A stretch of 64,000 nucleotides of DNA, taken from positions 1,912 to 65,911 of the forward strand of contig JAFUGI010000078.1 of the NCBI GenBank assembly GCA_017469475.1. Direction: 5' to 3'. This document shows positions 49,146-58,700 of the stretch, piece after piece. Position 1 is the stretch's first letter. Each line of letters starts with the position of its first letter. The DNA is from Oscillibacter sp. GTDB taxonomy: Bacteria; Bacillota; Clostridia; Oscillospirales; Oscillospiraceae. The notes under the pieces are model-generated. The model searched no databases. It was not told where the DNA came from and was given only the letters and a program-made list of their open reading frames with translations. The translations under genes and the position numbers were made by a program.

Positions 49146-50693
49146 TCACATGCCAAAATTCGGAAACAGCACCAAAGAGTAGAGCATGGCCAGCACCATG
49201 TACAGCACGATCAGCACGGCGAAGGCCACCAGGGTCTTCTTCATGACCAGGTTCTCGTGCCCGATCTCGCCCACGGTGGCGCAGGCGGCCACGGTGTTGT
49301 TGGGGCAGATCAGGTTGCCGAGAGACGCGGCGGCGTTCTGCCCGGCAAAGACGGTGACGGGGTTCATGCCCAGGGCGCCGGCGGCCTCCATGTGCATGCC
49401 GGCGAACATGATGTTGGAGCCGAGACCGGTGCCGGTGATGAAGGAGCCCAGGCTTCCGATGATGACCGCCGCCGCCGGATAGGCGGACTTGGCGACGCCC
49501 GCGATGGAGCCGGCGATGAGGGACATCATGCCGGTGGTCTGGGACTGCATGATGTAGGCCATCACCAGGAGGCTGCCCATGGTGATCATGACCGGCATGA
49601 CGCTTTTGATGGTCTCACCGAAGATGGCGTGCAGGTCTCTCCAGCGCACGTGCAGGGTGATGGCGCCCAGGATGCCGCAGAGAAGAATGACCGCGTCCAC
49701 CCAGGAGATGTAGCCGAAGGTGCACAGGGTCGCGAAGCCGCGCTCCGGCCAGAGGGCGGGCACGCCGTACCGGATGAGGGGCAGGAGGATCAGCATATAG
49801 ATGTAGGGGGAGAGGGCCTGGAAGGGGCCGTACTTATGCTCCACCTTCTCCGGCGCGTGGTAGCGGTACTCCTCCGTGGTCTTGATGGGGATGAACTTCA
49901 CATAGAGCACGGAGAGGACGATGGCGGAGAGGCCCGTTCCCATGGAGGTGACCTCCGGGCCCACGAAGTTGGAGAGCAGAAAGTACATGATCCCGGTGGT
50001 GACGCCGGCATAGGTCAGATAGGGCACGATGCCCTTGAAGGCCTTGCGGCCGAAGGCCAGGGCGATGATGAGGAAGGGGATCACCATGGCGCCGAACATG
50101 TGGAAGCGGCCCACCATGGCGGAGTTGAGGGCGTTGGTGGAGACCCCGGCCTCCACCAGAGCCGCGCCGCCGTTGATGGTGGTGAGGCCCGCGCCGCCCC
50201 AGGAGCAGGGCGTGGCGTCGCCCATGAGGGCCACGGCGATGGCCGTGATGGGCTCAAAGCCCAGCGCCACCAGGAAGGGGGCCGCGATGGCCGCCGGAGC
50301 GCCGGCGCCGGCCGCGCCCTCCAGGAAGATGGGCACCATGAAGCCGATGATGATGAGCTGGACCCGCCGGTCCTCGCCGGAGAGGCGGGCGATGGTGTTT
50401 TTCACGTCCTCGATGGCCCCGGTCTTTTTCAGGGTGTTGAGGATGACGAAGGCGCCGAAGACCATGACCACGATCTTGAAGCCCTCCTTGATGCCCTTCC
50501 AGAGCTGGGCGTCCATTGCCGCCACGTTCTCCTGGAAGGTCAGGCCCTGGACGTTGAAGTAGGTCAGCGCCAGCAGCACGGTCCACACCAGGGCGATGGG
50601 GGCCACCCGCTTGGCGGACTGCTTGAAGGCCAGGATGCCCACCAGCACCACGATGATGGGGCTCAGGGCAATGAGGAAATTGATGAACTGCAT
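49146..50693 (-). CDS. L-lactate permease (LctP) family transporter
   Basis: FLEGAAG.G.PAAI.AP.LVALGF, G.LG.FITG....SN..F; many TMs. Confidence 0.85.
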   Translation of the reverse strand: MQFINFLIALSPIIVVLVGILAFKQSAKRVAPIALVWTVLLALTYFNVQGLTFQENVAAMDAQLWKGIKEGFKIVVMVFGAFVILNTLKKTGAIEDVKNTIARLSGEDRRVQLIIIGFMVPIFLEGAAGAGAPAAIAAPFLVALGFEPITAIAVALMGDATPCSWGGAGLTTINGGAALVEAGVSTNALNSAMVGRFHMFGAMVIPFLIIALAFGRKAFKGIVPYLTYAGVTTGIMYFLLSNFVGPEVTSMGTGLSAIVLSVLYVKFIPIKTTEEYRYHAPEKVEHKYGPFQALSPYIYMLILLPLIRYGVPALWPERGFATLCTFGYISWVDAVILLCGILGAITLHVRWRDLHAIFGETIKSVMPVMITMGSLLVMAYIMQSQTTGMMSLIAGSIAGVAKSAYPAAAVIIGSLGSFITGTGLGSNIMFAGMHMEAAGALGMNPVTVFAGQNAAASLGNLICPNNTVAACATVGEIGHENLVMKKTLVAFAVLIVLYMVLAMLYSLVLFPNFGM

Positions 50694-50784
50694 GGAAGAT
50701 CAAACCTTTCTCTCGAATCTCTTTGGAACTGCGCGGGGGAAACGCGGTCTTTCAGGCTCCTCCTTTTCTCCGGTTTTTTGCGGC

Positions 50785-51062
50785 AAAAAAATCCCTGAGA
50801 CCTTGCGGTCTCAGGGACGAACATGCATTCGCGGTACCACCCTGATTCCCTCCCCCACAGGGGGAGAGCATCTCTCTCGGACTCAGACAAGCCCATGGCC
50901 TTCTAACGGGGCCGGCCGGGCCACACTACTACCTCCCGCGGGAGGATTGGCATGGCCTGCTCGGGAGGCAGACTGCCCTGTGGCGCTCCCTGCCGGCTCC
51001 CACCGCCCGCCGGCTCTCTGAAAGGTCTCACCACGGCAAAACTCCGTCGTCGCAATTCACGA
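50785..51062 (-). ncRNA. T-box riboswitch (transcriptional) with terminator
   Basis: Stem I (CAGAGAG, GGUGGGA), Stem II AGUA loop, CCGUUA, AAUCAGGGUGGUACCGCG T-box (fwd 50830-50842), UUCGUCCC antiterminator, terminator CCCUGAGACC-GCAA-GGUCUCAGGG-AU7. Confidence 0.95.
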
Positions 51063-51078
51063 TTTTTGCAGCAAAATT

Positions 51079-51108
51079 ATGCTACCATAGGGGCGCGGCG
51101 TTTGTCAA
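51079..51108 (-). promoter_or_regulatory. Sigma70 promoter of the T-box leader
   Basis: TTGACA-18-TAGCAT with TG extension. Confidence 0.65.
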
Positions 51109-51160
51109 TCGTGATTTTTAACGGTTCTTCCTCGGCGTTTTCCCCCGTCTTTGTGCGCCC

Positions 51161-52372
51161 TTACTCCCTGCGGATGCGCCAGCTGACCGCGGAGGCCAGG
51201 GCGCACAGGGCGATGTCGATGCACCAGATGGCGCCGTAGTTCCCGCTGCGGCTGATGAAGATGCCCCCCAGCCAGGAGCTCAGGAAGGCCCCCACCTGAT
51301 GGCAGACGAAGGTGATGCCGAAGAGCAGTCCCAGCTCCGCCGCGCCGAAGCGGCGGGCGATGATCTGGGAGGTGGGGGTCACCGTGGCATCCCCCGTCAT
51401 GCCCAGCACGGCGATGAAGCAGAACACGGCGGCCGCAGTTTTGGGGAGCAGGAACAGGAAGACCGCCACCGCCACGGCCCGGATGCCGTACAGCGAGCCC
51501 AGCACGCTCCTGAGAGGGAAGCGGCGGCAGAGAACCCCGCACAGCACCGACCCCATCATGGTCATGATGCCGAAGGCGGTGTAGGCCAGGGCCGCCGTCT
51601 CCTCCGGGATGCCGTAGGACACGATCTGGGAATAGATGTGGGTGTGGATGATGCACATGTGGAAGCCGCAGGTGGCAAAGCCCGCCATGAGCCGGCGGTA
51701 GTCACCCTCCCGCAGGGCCCGGCCCAGCCGCTCTCCCGCTCCTGCCGCCGGCGCGGCGCTTTCCGGGGCGGCGCGGTATTTCCCGGCGGCCGCGGCGATC
51801 CAGAAGACCACCGGCAGCAGCACCGCCACCGGGATGCACAAAAGCCGGAGGGTCGCCGCGATGCCCACCCCCGCCTGGAGGCGCTGGATCAGCGGCGAGA
51901 GCAGAGAGGTCCCCACGCCGCTGGCGGCGTTGAGGATACCGGAGACGATGGCCGCCCGGTCCCGGCCCAGAAGGGGCGAGATGGTGCCCATGATGATGCC
52001 GAAGCACACCGCCCCCGTGCCGGAGAAGAACAGCAGACTCAGCGTCATCAGCAGGGCCGCCTGAGACGCTGCAAGCGGTGTGAGAAAGAGGCCGGAGAGC
52101 ATCAGAAGCACGCCGGCGGAGAGCACCGTGCCGTTGGACCGCTTCAGGGCCAGAAGTCCGAAGAGGGGCTATGTCACGCCGTACATCAGCTGGCCCGCCG
52201 CCGCCACGAAGGAGACCTCCTCATAGCTCAGCGACACGTGGGCCGCCAGGGCCTTTACGATGAGGCCCATGTTGCAGCGCATGCCGCCGCTGACCATGTA
52301 CAGGAGAAAGGCCGCCGCGCTCAGCAGTATCGCCGTGCCCCGGCTCACCGTTTCCGCCCGCTCAGAGGGCAT
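51161..52372 (-). pseudogene. MFS transporter interrupted by a single in-frame TAG at 52169-52171
   Basis: ORF pieces 52169..52372 and 51161..52126 are in the same frame; read-through gives GVT*PLFGLLA where MFS homologs typically have QP.FG. Confidence 0.8.
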
Positions 52373-52802
52373 GGCCGCCCCCTCCCTCCTCCGGCGTGTC
52401 CAGGGTCTGGAGTCGGCGGCTGATGCGGATCAGGGCGTCGGCGTCCGCCTGGCCCAGCCAGGCGCGCAGCTCCTCCTGGGCCTTGGCCCACAGGGGGGCC
52501 GCCCGCTCCACCGCCGCCTGCCCCTCCGGAGAGAGGCGGAAGGTCTTGCCGCTGCCCACGTCCGGCTCCACCAGCCCCCGGTCCCGGAGAAGGCGGATGT
52601 TGCGCACCATGGTGCTGCGGTCCAGCCCGGCGTACCGTGCCCAGTGGGTGATGTTGGCGCTGCCCAGCCGGGAGAGCTGGGCCAGGAGACTATACTGCGC
52701 CGCCCGCAGCCCCGCGGGGCGCAGCGCCTCGTCGTACCGGTCGGTCAGGGTGCCGGCGGCCCGGCGGAGATTGGTGCAGTAGCATGAGCTTTGTACGCGC
52801 AT
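52362..52802 (-). CDS. MarR family transcriptional regulator
   Basis: C.C..LRRA...L...YD..L...GL...QY.LL, LDRST..RN. Confidence 0.9.
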   Translation of the reverse strand: MRVQSSCYCTNLRRAAGTLTDRYDEALRPAGLRAAQYSLLAQLSRLGSANITHWARYAGLDRSTMVRNIRLLRDRGLVEPDVGSGKTFRLSPEGQAAVERAAPLWAKAQEELRAWLGQADADALIRISRRLQTLDTPEEGGGGHAL

Positions 52803-52871
52803 GGAAACGGTCCCTCCTTGCCGGGCGCAGAACGCCCGGAATGTGGCAAATGTGATTTCGTGTAGTTACAC

Positions 52872-52912
52872 AGTGTATATACACTATACCACGCCGCCCC
52901 GTCCCCTGTCAA
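52872..52912 (-). promoter_or_regulatory. marR-MFS promoter with 14-bp palindromic operator
   Basis: TTGACA-18-TATAGT; AGTGTATATACACT palindrome at 52872-52885 overlapping -10/+1. Confidence 0.7.
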
Positions 52913-52943
52913 GAGCGAAACGGCGTGATCTTCCCGGCGGCCC

Positions 52944-53129
52944 TCAGGGCCGGACGGTTATGGCGTTGACGGGGCAGCCGTTGGCGGCGTCCCGCACCCG
53001 CCAGGTCTCCCCCTCCTCCGGCGGGCGCTGCACGGTGGAGGCCCTGCCCACCACGCGAAACACCCCCGGCGCCGCATAGGCGCACATGCCGCAGCCGATG
53101 CAGCGGCTCCGATCCACGGAAACGGTCAT
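52944..53129 (-). CDS. Single-cluster ferredoxin (61 aa)
   Basis: CIGCGMC...P and CPVNAI. Confidence 0.85.
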   Translation of the reverse strand: MTVSVDRSRCIGCGMCAYAAPGVFRVVGRASTVQRPPEEGETWRVRDAANGCPVNAITVRP

Positions 53130-53377
53130 CTTCTCCCCTCCCTGCTGTTTCGGCGGCCCGGCGCCGCCTTCCTGTATCCGATGCTACCACATCTGCCGCC
53201 GTTCGCCAAGTCCCCCGGCAGTCCCTTTGGTCATTTTTGCGAAAATTATTTTACATCTTTGTGCGTAAATTTGCGCAAATGTCAATTCATTTTTAGTGAA
53301 ACACCGCTTATACTGAAGGTAACATCCGCCCGCCGGCGCCGCCGGCAAAACGGGGCGACAGAAAGGAACAGGACGAT

Positions 53378-54400
53378 ATGGCGATCCCTATTGGTATCAA
53401 CGGCTTTGGCCGCATCGGCCGGGTGGCGCTCCGCGTGATGGTGGAGCGGGGCAGCAGCAGCTACCACATCTGCGGCATCAACCTGCGCAACGCGGACCTG
53501 GACTATATGGTCTACCAGGTGAAGTACGACTCCGTGTTCCGCACCTTCCAGGGCAGCGTGGACCGGGACGACCGGCACCTCATCATCAACGGCAAGAAGA
53601 TCCGCATCTACAGTGAGAACGACGCCGCCCTCATCCCCTGGGACGACTGCGGCGCGGAGTACATCATCGAGTCCACCGGCGCCTTCAACACCACGGAAAA
53701 GGCGTCGGCCCACCTGAAAAACGGGGCGAGAAAGGTGGTCCTCTCCGCCCCCTCCAAGGACGACTGCACCCCCACCTTCGTCATGGGCGTGAACCACAAG
53801 ACCTATACCCCGGAGATGGACGTGGTGTCCAACGCCTCCTGCACCACCAACTGCCTGGCCCCCATGACCAAGGTCATCCACGACACCTTCGGCATCCAGC
53901 AGGCACTCATGTCCACCATCCACGCCGCCACCGCCAAGCAGAAGGCGGTGGACGCCCGGGCCGGCCGGGACTGGCGGACGGGCCGCAGCGTTCTGGGCAA
54001 CATCATCCCCTCCACCACCGGCGCGGCCAAGGCCGTGGGCGAGGTGATCCCGGAGCTGAAGGGCAAAATGACCGGCATGAGCTTCCGCGTCCCCACCAAC
54101 GACGTGTCCGTGGTGGACCTGACGGCCCGACTGATCCAGCCCGCCAGCTACCACGACGTGTGCGTGGCCATGGAGAACGCGGCCCGCAACAGCATGAAGG
54201 GCATCATCACCTGCACCACGGACCAGGTGGTCTCCTCCGACCTGACGGGCTTCACCGAGACCTGCATTTTCGACGAGACCGCCGGCATCATGCTGGACAA
54301 CGACTTCGTCAAGCTCATCGCCTGGTATGATAACGAATGGGGCTACACCAACAAGCTCCTGGACCTGATCGCCCACATGCACGCGGTGGACCACGCGTAA
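53378..54400 (+). CDS. gap: Type I glyceraldehyde-3-phosphate dehydrogenase, atypical cofactor-binding residues
   Basis: GINGFGRIGR, ASCTTNCLAP catalytic Cys, IIPSTTGAAKAV, WYDNE. Confidence 0.93.
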   Translation: MAIPIGINGFGRIGRVALRVMVERGSSSYHICGINLRNADLDYMVYQVKYDSVFRTFQGSVDRDDRHLIINGKKIRIYSENDAALIPWDDCGAEYIIESTGAFNTTEKASAHLKNGARKVVLSAPSKDDCTPTFVMGVNHKTYTPEMDVVSNASCTTNCLAPMTKVIHDTFGIQQALMSTIHAATAKQKAVDARAGRDWRTGRSVLGNIIPSTTGAAKAVGEVIPELKGKMTGMSFRVPTNDVSVVDLTARLIQPASYHDVCVAMENAARNSMKGIITCTTDQVVSSDLTGFTETCIFDETAGIMLDNDFVKLIAWYDNEWGYTNKLLDLIAHMHAVDHA

Positions 54401-54543
54401 AAGGGCGCCGGCCCCCGCCGGGCACGGAGAGGGACCATCCCCGCCGGCACAAAAGGCGATGCGGCACGCCGTAAGCGTTCGCCTTTACCCGCCCCGCAAT
54501 AAAAAACAGCCAACGCCCCTCTTCCTCATCGGAAGAGGGGCGC

Positions 54544-54747
54544 TCATTCGTCCTCGATGTACTCCATGATGTCCCCCACCTGACAGTGGAGGATCCTGCA
54601 AAACATCTCAATGGTATGGGTGCTGACGCTCTCATTGCGCTTGAGCCGGGTGATCTGCCCGGGGCTCACGTGATACTGCTTGATGAGGGCGTACTGGCTC
54701 ACGCCCCGCTCCTTCATGACCTCCCACAGCCGGCGATACGAAATCAT
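54544..54747 (-). CDS. Small XRE/Cro-like HTH regulator (67 aa)
   Basis: MISY..LW..M....S.Y.L, V...TI...C..L.C...DI.EY. Confidence 0.88.
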   Translation of the reverse strand: MISYRRLWEVMKERGVSQYALIKQYHVSPGQITRLKRNESVSTHTIEMFCRILHCQVGDIMEYIEDE

Positions 54748-54769
54748 CCATCCAAGCCTCGCTTTCTAC

Positions 54770-54824
54770 TTGCATGGTAACCGGAAACGGTATATACTGC
54801 ATATTAACCAATATCGGTTAATAT
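54770..54824 (+). promoter_or_regulatory. Sigma70 promoter plus 9-6-9 inverted repeat operator
   Basis: TTGCAT-17-TATACT (54770-54798); ATATTAACC-AATATC-GGTTAATAT (54801-54824). Confidence 0.7.
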
Positions 54825-54912
54825 CGAACATTCGGAAGGCAGCTGCGGCCGCGAGACCTGTTTGATGCCTGCCGGGAGAAGCATTTTGGTGCAAGGAACG
54901 GAGGCGCAGATC

Positions 54913-55530
54913 ATGGGCGGGATCGGCAGAATTGCGGACATGCTGATGTGCCTTCTGTGGGTCACGACCTATGCGCTGGTCCTGGCGGCCACGCTGAAGG
55001 ACAAGTACCCCGCCATCTCTCCCATCACCCAGGCCATCATCGCGCCCTTCGAATTTGCCGTGACAGCCTCCTTCCTGCAGGATTTTTCCCTGCACTATGT
55101 GTCCGCCGCCTATCTCTGCTGGTCCCTGCTGGAGATCGGGACCATCGCCCTGTTCCTTCAACGGCAGTATATCCGGCCGAGGCTTGCCGGGCCGTATCTC
55201 GCCATCCTCTTCCTGCTCACCTGCCTGATGGCTTATGTCATCCGCCAACCCAGGGGGACGATCGTTTTCTCCTATTTGAATACGATCCTGGGCACGGTCT
55301 TCTGGTATGGGCATGTCCGTCGGCGGGACTATCCCGTTACGGTCCTGCATCTGTGCTTCTTTGTCACCAAATACTGTGCCGATGTTCTGGGCGTCATCAC
55401 ATATTTTCGCCAGCACGGGCCCTTTGTCAGCGCGATGAGCGTCTTGCTCCCGTTTCTGGATTCCCTCTTTATCCTGACCTGGTATGCCCGGCATCAGGAG
55501 AGGCAAACGGACCGCTCCGGGCGCCCATGA
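54913..55530 (+). CDS. Multi-TM membrane protein, putative divergent PaxB/Pyr4-like terpene cyclase homolog
   Basis: GGAGG RBS; WxxxY, KDK, FEF, WxxLE, N, K and late D motifs in the order seen in PaxB-like proteins (by eye). Confidence 0.5.
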   Translation: MGGIGRIADMLMCLLWVTTYALVLAATLKDKYPAISPITQAIIAPFEFAVTASFLQDFSLHYVSAAYLCWSLLEIGTIALFLQRQYIRPRLAGPYLAILFLLTCLMAYVIRQPRGTIVFSYLNTILGTVFWYGHVRRRDYPVTVLHLCFFVTKYCADVLGVITYFRQHGPFVSAMSVLLPFLDSLFILTWYARHQERQTDRSGRP

Positions 55531-55714
55531 CCCACTCCGGCGGCCTTCGCCGCCTGTGGGTCCTCTTTTTTGCCTTTACCCGGAGGAGACCCACAAATCT
55601 TTGGGTTTCCTCTGCTTGTTCATAATTTGTTCATGATTACAGCAGGGGTTTGGAGTATGGTGTAGGAAGAGATATTATGTAACCATGGATCGGACACAAT
55701 GGGAGGAACGGACA

Positions 55715-58700
55715 ATGAAACGATTCTGGACAAAACGGCTTCCGGCGGCTCTGCTGGCCCTGCTGATGACCGTGTGCCTGGCCCCTGCCGCTCTGGCGGA
55801 CGAGCCCGGCGAGGGCCACACCCACACATTTTCCAAGGAGTGGACCAAGAACTCCACGGCCCACTGGCACGAGTGCTCCTGCGGTGAGCGGGCGGACGAG
55901 GAGGCCCACGACTTCGTGGTAGACGCCGCCAAGAGCACCGCCCCCACCTGCTACCAGAGCGGCACCACGGTGGAGCGCTGCTCCGTGTGCGGCTATGAGC
56001 GGACCATCACCTCCGCCCCCACCGGCGACCACGACTTCGATGAGAGCCGCTGGGCCGCGGACGACGACTACCACTGGCACGAGTGCACCACCAAGGGCTG
56101 CACCGCCGCCTCCGCCAAGGAAAGGCACGAGGCCGACGGCGAGGGCAAGGTCACAGACCCCACCTGCACCGAGGACGGCTACATCACCTACACCTGCGCC
56201 GTGTGCGGCAAGACCTATAAGCGCGCCGGCACCAAGGCCCTGGGCCACAACTTTGTCAACGGCAAGTGCACCCGCTGCGGTGTGAAGGAGTCCACCTCCA
56301 CCACCGGGAAGAACTTCTCCCTGGACAATGTGACGGTCTCCAAGAGCGTGAGCGTGGGCTCCAGCATCCGCACCAAGATCAACAGCTACTTCACCAAGAC
56401 CAACTTCTCCACTGTCACCTTCGGCGACCCCACCGGCACCAGCTACGGCACCCTCTACGCCGACAGCGACAAAAGCGCCCTCAAGTCCCGGGAGTACACC
56501 TATTCCAACTCCGGCGGCTGGCCGGTGAAGGACCTGTACTTCGTGGCCAAGAGCAAGGCCGGCACCTACAAGATCCCCTACACCGCCGAGGACGACAGCG
56601 GCAACGTGGTGGAGGGCACCATCACCATCAAGGTGGTCTCCTCCTCCAGCTCCTCCAGCACCTCCGGCTCCAAGATCACCTACGAGGTCAAGCCCGGCAA
56701 GTCCGTCACCTTCAGCAAGAGCGACTTTGACGACGTGTACAGCGCCAAGCGGGACGACACGCTGCGCTATGTGACCTTCACCGTCAGCTCCATCAGCGGC
56801 GGGTCCTTCACCGTGGACTCCAAGACCCTCTCCCGCAGCACGCTGAACAACTCCGCCTTCTACTACAGCAAGTCCAGATACGGCGACTACGCCCTGGCGG
56901 ACCTGACCTTCGAGGCGGACAGCGACTTTGATTCCAGCCTCACCCTGACCTACTATGCCTACGGCGAGGACGAGGACGACTATGTGAAGGGGAGCGTGGT
57001 CATCAAGTCCACCGGCTCCAGCTCCTCTGGCTCCTCCGGCTCTTCCAGCTCCTCCGGCACCATCTCCTACTCCGTGAAGGCGGGCAGCTCGGTGGCCTTC
57101 AAGAAGAGCGACTTCAAGACCGCTTACGACAAAAAGCTCTCCGGCACCGTCCGGTACGTGACCTTTGAGACCTCCTCCACCCTCAGCGCCAGCGAGGGCA
57201 CCCTCTACAACGACTACAACGGCAGCGAAGAGAAATCCTTCGCCCGGTCCAGCCTGAGCCGGTACAACTTCTACTACTCCTCCTCTTCCTACGGCGACTA
57301 CGCCCTGGAGGATCTGAGCTTCGTGGCGCCCAAGGGGGCCTCCGCCCACACGGTGAAGCTGACCTACACCGTGTATGACTCCCGGGACGACTCCGTCACC
57401 GGCACGGTGGAGATCAAGGTCACCGGCTCCGGCACCACCTCCTCTTCCTCCGACACGCTGACCTACAAGGTCCAGCCCGGCAAGGAGGTCACCTTCAACC
57501 GCAAGGACTTCAACTCCTATTACCAGGAGGTCTCCGACACCACCAACACCATCAAGTATGTCACCTTCGAGACCTCCGACACCCTGAGCAAGACCTCCTC
57601 CGGCCTGGTGTACTACAACTACGGCTCCTCCGGCGAGGTGTCCTTCAACCGCAACAGCATCGACGACTATAAGTTCTACTACAGCAGCGCCTCCGACGGG
57701 GATTACCCCCTGAGCGGCCTCTCCTTCGTGGCGGGCAGCGGCTTTACCAAGGCCATCACGCTGGACTTCACGGCCTACTACACCACCAGCAAAAAGGCCA
57801 CCGGCAAGCTGGTCATCCAGCCCGACGGCACCGCGGCCACCACGCCCACCACCACCGTCACCTCCTCCGCCGTGGCCGACCTGGTGTACCAGACGGCCTA
57901 CGCCGACACTGTGCGCATCAATGCCGACGAGCTGGCCCGCTTCTTCCGCAGGCAGATCTCCGGCGGACGGCTCCAGTACGTCCGGCTGGACGGCGTGCCC
58001 GCCTCCGGCAGCCTCTACTACAACTATTACGGCACCAGCCGCTACGGCTCCACCACCCGCAAGCAGCTCACCGCCTCCAACTGCGCGGCGCAGAACTTCT
58101 ATTTCAGCCCCACCTCCACCAGCCAGTACTCTCTGGCGGAGCTGGCGTTCGTGCCCACCAGCGGCGTCAACACCTGCGTGACCATTCCCTTCACCGCCGT
58201 GGGCGCCACCGCCAGCCAAACGGTCAAGGGCACCATCCTCATCAGCGCTACCAAGGCCAAGGTAGCGGACGTGTACGGCGTGACCCCCAAGGGCACCGCC
58301 GTGACCCTGCCCGCCTCCGCCATCGTCTCCGCCGTCACCACCGCCACCGGCTCCGCCCCTGCGGGCATCCAGCTGGTGAAGCTGCCCAAGACCTCCGTGG
58401 GCACGGTGTACGTGGGCTCCGGCACCTCCACCAAGGCCGTCACCGGCAAGACCTACGGCTACAACACCGGCGACCAGCAGATGGGCCAGCTGCGCTTCGT
58501 GCCCGCCTCCGGCCACACCGGTGCCGTGGAGATCCCCTATGCCGCCGTGGACAGCCGGGGCAACCTCATGGCGGCGGGCGTGTTCTCCCTGGGCGTCGTG
58601 AGCAGCGTGAAGAAATTCTCTGACATCAACTCCTCCACCTGGTGCTACAAGTACGTCACCGAGCTGGCGGACGCCGGCGTCATCGGCGGCTACAGCGACG

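Noticed and set aside
52169-52171. Pyrrolysine or selenocysteine recoding of the MFS TAG
   Set aside because: The position corresponds to a typical Gln in a TM region, no pyl genes are in the window, and Sec uses TGA; a simple nonsense change is more parsimonious
55637-58516. 959-aa minus-strand ORF, and similarly 25035..27476 (-) and other long overlapping ORFs
   Set aside because: Antisense shadows of the SLH gene, ftsH and other well-supported genes
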